A stretch of DNA of 64,000 nt. Source: Octopus bimaculoides. Its lineage: Eukaryota. Below, in pieces: positions 57,910 to 64,000 of this stretch (positions within the stretch are counted from its first letter, which is position 1; every line of letters begins with the position of its first letter). The notes under the pieces are model-generated. The model was not told where the DNA came from. It worked only from the letters and a program-made list of their open reading frames with translations, and searched no databases. The stretch lies in assembly GCF_001194135.2 (NCBI RefSeq), contig NC_068981.1:159794098-159858097 (forward strand), written 5' to 3'. The position numbers and the translations under genes are program-made.

Positions 57910-60581
57910 CTACCAGTAGTGATTAACTTGCTAACATGCTACAACCAGTGGCTTACATCTAGACATACTGTTTCTTCACATGGTTTCTAATACTGCTGCT
58001 ACAATGTACTCTACTCTTCTAAACTAGTAAGACACAGCTGGATTACATCTAATTATATCATGATTTGATATCTAAAATATTCACCTAATCCTCTGCATAA
58101 ACCTTGTCTTCTCTGAATATTTATGCAAGTGGCTCAATTAATACCAAAGACTCACCTCAAATAAAAATGTCTAAATGTAGGATTATACAGATTATTTTAG
58201 ATGACACTTAAAAAAATCAAAGCAGTTGTTGGCTTTTTATAAACAACTTGGTCTTAGTATGCAGTTTTTCTATAGAACATGTAGTAAAATAAATCTAGAA
58301 GAGGTTCATCCATTTGTAATCTTTCAATGTTTTCAGAATTCATAATTTTCTGCAATGTAATGGAGAAAGCTAAATATGAATTAAAATGTGGTTTAATGTT
58401 TTTGATACCAAAATACCCAAGATTGCTTTTGGTTCTATGATACAAACTTCCTGTTTTTAAAGAAATCTAAATTAAAAACCTCCATCAAAATTTCACATTA
58501 ATTTATGTTTCAAATAGAAGCTTAACAAGGACAAAATTATTTTACTAAATGAACAATTGATTAGAATAAAGACAGCATATTTCAAAAGAAATTTGGTAAT
58601 GGAAGGGTTAATGTTACAATATTTTTCTCATTTTTAATATTTTTTTTCTCCAATCTCATCAAAGTGAACTTTGCTTTTTCTCCTTCTGGGTTGATAAAAT
58701 AAGCAATATTTTGTGCACCAACCCCAAATATGGGGCTTTGTGCTTATGTTAGAAATTAACATTTTCTCTTCTAATTATTAATTAGAAGAAGCAAAGAACT
58801 GGACAAAGCACATTCAACATAAGTTTATTTTCAAGTCAACTTTATAATAAATAGTTTATATTTGCATTTATACACACACACATACACACAAATATATTAG
58901 TTTAACTGCATATTGTATGCATGTGTATGTAAATACATACCTTTTATAAATGTATATAAACAATGCATATTTATGCAGAAGTATTTTTTAAAATACAATA
59001 AAACTCATTTTTTAAAAATCAATTTAATATTTTTTACGGTTTTTCTTCTTTTTTTTTAATGTTTAAAAGATATGTCTCAGATAAAGTTTATAATTCACGA
59101 AAACCAGCTGTTAGTTGAAAGATAATCCAGAATAATGGATAGGTATTAACTAGAGATCATTTATTAATAAAGTGATTTAATTCAGAGAGAGATTTTCTGA
59201 GCATGTTAAATTTTTCTTGTTACTACTGAGAACAGTTAGGGCAGAGTGTCTATGAATGTTAATGAAGAGAAATAGTTGATAAAATTTTAAATAATTTTCT
59301 GTTTTTAAAAAAAGGACAGAAATTGACAATTATCTTAGAAACACAGATAAAAGATTACTGGAAGCATATGCTATGATTTTAATTACAAAATCTTTATAAA
59401 ATCTGAATATATGCAAATTGCTTTGAAATTAAATGGGTTTGAGTAATAAATTAAAAAAACAGTGTGGCATCTTCAATTGTATTACAGAGAATCACAGCTG
59501 GATGAGTCAGCATAGGTACAAGCTATTGGCCAATGTAGTCAACAGTTTGCACCTCATAACTGGAAATAAAACTGTCTTCTGCAAAGACACTTAACCCTTT
59601 TGACATCAATTCCCCCAATACTGTCTTCATTAAAATGTTGAAATTAAATTCATTTTAGACAGAAATCTTAAACCTAAATGATAATGTTAAATTTCAGTAG
59701 ATAAATTGTAAAGTGTATTGCAATATAAAGCTTTATATACTGATAAATAACTTAGTTTGTTTCTTTAAATCTCTCATAATTATTTAAAAAAATAAAAATA
59801 TATAGAGTAATGTATTCTTGTTAGAAATGTGGTCATAAAAAAATTTATTCATAATGGCTCAGGTCACTTGAATTGCAAATAGGTATCTTTGGGAGATACA
59901 GTTCAGAATGTAGTAGAAGTGTTGTGTCATTGTTTATGTTGTTGAACCTAAGTACTCCCAAAGATCTGGAATAGGTGACTGGATGTCATCATAACATATC
60001 CTCCTTCAAATCACTACAAGATGAAGTGTTCAGTGATGTTTCAACAACCCAATGGAGTATGGGAAATTTATTCAACACATTATCATAATAATGAAATGAT
60101 GAGCACAACTATAATTATGGGGGTATCAAAATTATAATATTAGCAATAGCTGTAATATTAGTAATACTAACAATAATAGAGAAAAGAAGATTAAAATATT
60201 AATAATGGATAAAACATTATAAGGTAGAAAAAACTGGTTTTAATTTTTAAGGCTTATATTACTGAGGAAAAACTGTAATTTGATCCATGTATTTCATAAT
60301 GTATTTTAAACAAAGAGTTAGACAAATTTGTTAGCATTATCTAAACATTGGTTTTATGGAATCCAGCTTTTACATTAATTTTGGCTGTTGCTTTGCATAA
60401 AAGTAGCAAGTTGTTAAAATAGTTTAAAAAGAAACAGTTTAAAAAGAAAAATATAAAGGACAAAAAAATATCTCTGTTCTCTTTCGAAAAGTTGTATTTA
60501 AAAGTAGAGCAATTTTAATGAAGATAAACCTGCTAGAATGAGTACATGTACACATATATCTATTGAGTAAACAGAAAAGGA

Positions 60582-60582
<1 letters not shown>

Positions 60583-60674
<92 letters not shown>

Positions 60675-60675
60675 T
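60583..60675. repeat. (AAT)n microsatellite
   Basis: Pure AAT run. Confidence 0.95.
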
Positions 60676-61194
60676 ATAAAAATAATAATAACTATAAAAA
60701 TAATAATGGTTTCAAATTTTGGCACAAGGCCAGCAATTTTGAGAGTTGGGTAAACCAATTACAATGACTCCAGTTCTAAACCGGTACTCATTTTATCAAC
60801 CCTGAAATGATGAAAGGCAAAGTTGGCCCTGGCGGAATTTGAACACAGACCGTAAAGACGGATGAAATGCCCCTAAGCATTTTTCCCAGTGTGATTTTCA
60901 ATTTTGGGCACAAAGCTTATCTCAGCAGTGGAAAGGTGGAGAGGGAGGGGCAAAAGTCATTTGAATTGACTCTTGTGTATTACTGGTACTTGTTTTATCA
61001 ACCTTAGAAGGATGAAATGTGAAGTTGACCTGGTGGGATTTAAATTCAAAACAGCAAGGCATCACACTTCAAGGATGCAGTCTGAGCCTAACTCACTGCT
61101 ACATAAATATAAATGATGAAAAATTTTCATAAGATAAGAAAAATAACAGTCAAAACAAAAACAACAACAATAGTTCATAGTGATAATGTTAATG

Positions 61195-61196
61195 AT

Positions 61197-61240
<44 letters not shown>
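61195..61240. repeat. (AAC)n microsatellite within an AAT/AAC-rich tract
   Basis: Pure AAC run. Confidence 0.9.
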
Positions 61241-61808
61241 AGACAAAGACAATGGTCAAAATGGCAATAATGACAAAATGATAAGGATGAGTTCTAATTA
61301 CAGCAACAACAACAATAACTATAAAACATTTCATAATAACCAAAAATAAATAAATAATTAAATGAATTAACATTATTTATAATTGTCATTGGAAAAAAAG
61401 TAGAAGACATAACTGATGGAAACATCCCAGTTATTTACAAAAAAAAAGAAATAATAATAATTATTGTTTAGAGAAAGAGGAATATAATTGTAAAATTTTG
61501 GATGCTAATGAAAAAGCTGGGCTAAATTTATAATTTTAAGCCGTTACTTTGCTCTAGATGAGTCCTGATCAAATTAACCATTGATCATAGATCAAAAATA
61601 TAGTAGCCATCTTTTTGCAATTAAAATGTATTTCGGATGTCATTATCCAGTGTCCCTCGTTTTATCACAATGGTAGGATATAATTTGAGGAAGGTTTCTA
61701 GAAAATAAAGAGATTGTGGCAAAGCTCCATTTCATATATGCATTTAAAATTTTAGATATTTTAAGGATATTTTCACATTTTTATTCTCTGATTCAGTCTC
61801 TCTGTCTC

Positions 61809-61845
<37 letters not shown>

Positions 61846-63218
61846 NNNNNNNNNNNNNNNNNNNNNNNNNNNNNNNNNNNNNNNNNNNNNNNNNNNNNNN
61901 NNNNNNNNNNNNNNNNNNNNNNNNNNNNNNNNNNNNNNNNNNNNNNNNNNNNNNNNNNNNNNNNNNNNNNNNNNNNNNNNNNNNNNNNNNNNNNNNNNNN
62001 NNNNNNNNNNNNNNNNNNNNNNNNNNNNNNNNNNNNNNNNNNNNNNNNNNNNNNNNNNNNNNNNNNNNNNNNNNNNNNNNNNNNNNNNNNNNNNNNNNNN
62101 NNNNNNNNNNNNNNNNNNNNNNNNNNNNNNNNNNNNNNNNNNNNNNNNNNNNNNNNNNNNNNNNNNNNNNNNNNNNNNNNNNNNNNNNNNNNNNNNNNNN
62201 NNNNNNNNNNNNNNNNNNNNNNNNNNNNNNNNNNNNNNNNNNNNNNNNNNNNNNNNNNNNNNNNNNNNNNNNNNNNNNNNNNNNNNNNNNNNNNNNNNNN
62301 NNNNNNNNNNNNNNNNNNNNNNNNNNNNNNNNNNNNNNNNNNNNNNNNNNNNNNNNNNNNNNNNNNNNNNNNNNNNNNNNNNNNNNNNNNNNNNNNNNNN
62401 NNNNNNNNNNNNNNNNNNNNNNNNNNNNNNNNNNNNNNNNNNNNNNNNNNNNNNNNNNNNNNNNNNNNNNNNNNNNNNNNNNNNNNNNNNNNNNNNNNNN
62501 NNNNNNNNNNNNNNNNNNNNNNNNNNNNNNNNNNNNNNNNNNNNNNNNNNNTATATATATATATATATGAAGTATATATGTATGCGAGAAAAGATGTGCA
62601 TGAATGTATGTTGTATGACATGACTTATTACTATTAAAAACATATATACCTGTGACTATAACCATACACGTTCTCCTTATCCTTTCATCAAACTCTGTTT
62701 AGCAAATTAGGATTCTGTTTCTGATTGACAAGTATTGATGTTAGATAGTAAATTGTTAGATAGTAAATTCATTCAAATCCTTGACAGTGTGCCTTTTCTA
62801 TCACCCCATTTTTTTTTTTTTTTAAGAGGGGAAGACAAAATGTATGTTTTATATTCACTCTTAAATACTCATTGTTTTCTATATTTCTGGTCTAAAAATT
62901 AGATAATTGCCTATAATATTAATTTCAATATTAATATATCAGTATAGTAGGTCACTGTGTAGAATGTACATAAGACGATATATTTTGAATACATGTAAAA
63001 TATAAGACTGAAATCAAATGTATCACTGACACTCTGATATTAACTGCTTTGCCTAATATAATCCTTAGACAATACCCAGGAGTTTTTAGGGACAGTACAT
63101 AGCATTGGGTTCTGTGATTCTAATCATAAAAATTATAAATTTATCACTAGACGAAGAGGGCACAGTTCTATGAGCCAATTTCTCTGTCTCTGTCGGTCTG
63201 TCTGTCCGTCTGTCTCTT

Positions 63219-63294
<76 letters not shown>

Positions 63295-63630
63295 TCTATC
63301 TCTCTGCCATTCTTTTGCCTGGGCACAAGAATAGCCGGGTGGTTTCACGATCATATTGTATTCTGAAAATCCCGACTATTGCTGCGCATTTCAACAATCT
63401 GCTTCCTTATACTGGATAAATTCTACCAAATACTACTACTAGTAGTATTAGTAGTAGTAATCGTGTAGTATATGTGCCATTTATAGAAAGTTTGAGAAAG
63501 AGAGATTGCTGAACAATGAATCCGAATCTCAGATTATGAAAATCCCTTCTCTACTTCATGAGATTTAATTGTTTACTTTACAGTTTCATATATATACATA
63601 TGTATATCTATATCTATCTATGTATTGGTC

Positions 63631-63731
<101 letters not shown>

Positions 63732-63762
63732 ATGTATATGTATATATATGTATATATATATG

Positions 63763-64000
63763 TCACCTGATGTCACCTGATGTCTGTGACAGCACGGAAG
63801 ATCTCCTCAGCAGGATCAACGACTGCAACAACACTTGCAACCTGACAGGGTGTATAGTGGGTAGCATGGATGTGGTATCACTATACCCATCTATCGACGT
63901 GGATTTTGCAGTGGAAAAGTGCGTGGAAATGATCAACGAGAGCGAAGTAGAGTTCCAAAAAGTCAACACAGAAGAACTGGGCCTCCTACTTAGATTGACA
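63763..64000 (+). mobile_element. Young PLE reverse-transcriptase fragment (Naiad-like), 5'-truncated after (TA)n, running off the window end
   Basis: Open frame PDVCDSTEDLLSRINDCNNTCNLTGCIVGSMDVVSLYPSIDVDFAVEKCVEMINESEVEFQKVNTEELGLLLRLT; CpGs intact. Confidence 0.8.

Noticed and set aside
57394-57990. Three overlapping ORFs (Val/Ala-rich 198 aa, poly-Leu 123 aa, mucin-like Thr/Ala/Pro 136 aa) as genes
   Set aside because: They are by-products of a TGY/RCA triplet-rich tract that lacks stops. Only the fourth frame shows real (GIY-YIG) homology.

Overview
AT-rich, microsatellite-dense animal genomic DNA with 7 N-gaps. The repeat families point to an octopus (coleoid cephalopod) genome; this is an inference. 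Two complete multi-exon housekeeping genes lie in tandem on the minus strand. I assembled both exon by exon, with GT-AG junctions and continuous reading frames: CDK10 (14 coding exons, 380-26810, 354 aa) and ADSL/adenylosuccinate lyase (13 coding exons, 32815-50208, 478 aa). Introns and intergenic DNA contain tRNA-derived SINEs, RTE-LINE 3' tails, decayed Tc1/mariner transposases, MITEs with identifiable TIRs/TSDs, CR1/L2 and R4/Dong fragments, and at least three distinct kinds of Penelope-like element (PLE). Main observations: (i) four hammerhead-ribozyme-like loci tied to PLE or fold-back elements, one with a fully intact catalytic core (9427-9486) and one lying downstream of a tRNA-like Pol III promoter inside a PLE pseudo-LTR; (ii) two normally conserved residues (ADSL GQTY glycine, CDK10 DFGLAR alanine) encoded as Ser and Thr by codons that a single A-to-I edit would restore; (iii) a roughly 120-codon stop-free Asn/Ser/Thr-rich expansion in frame with a PLE GIY-YIG nuclease remnant. 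All family assignments come from motif recognition, not database searches.
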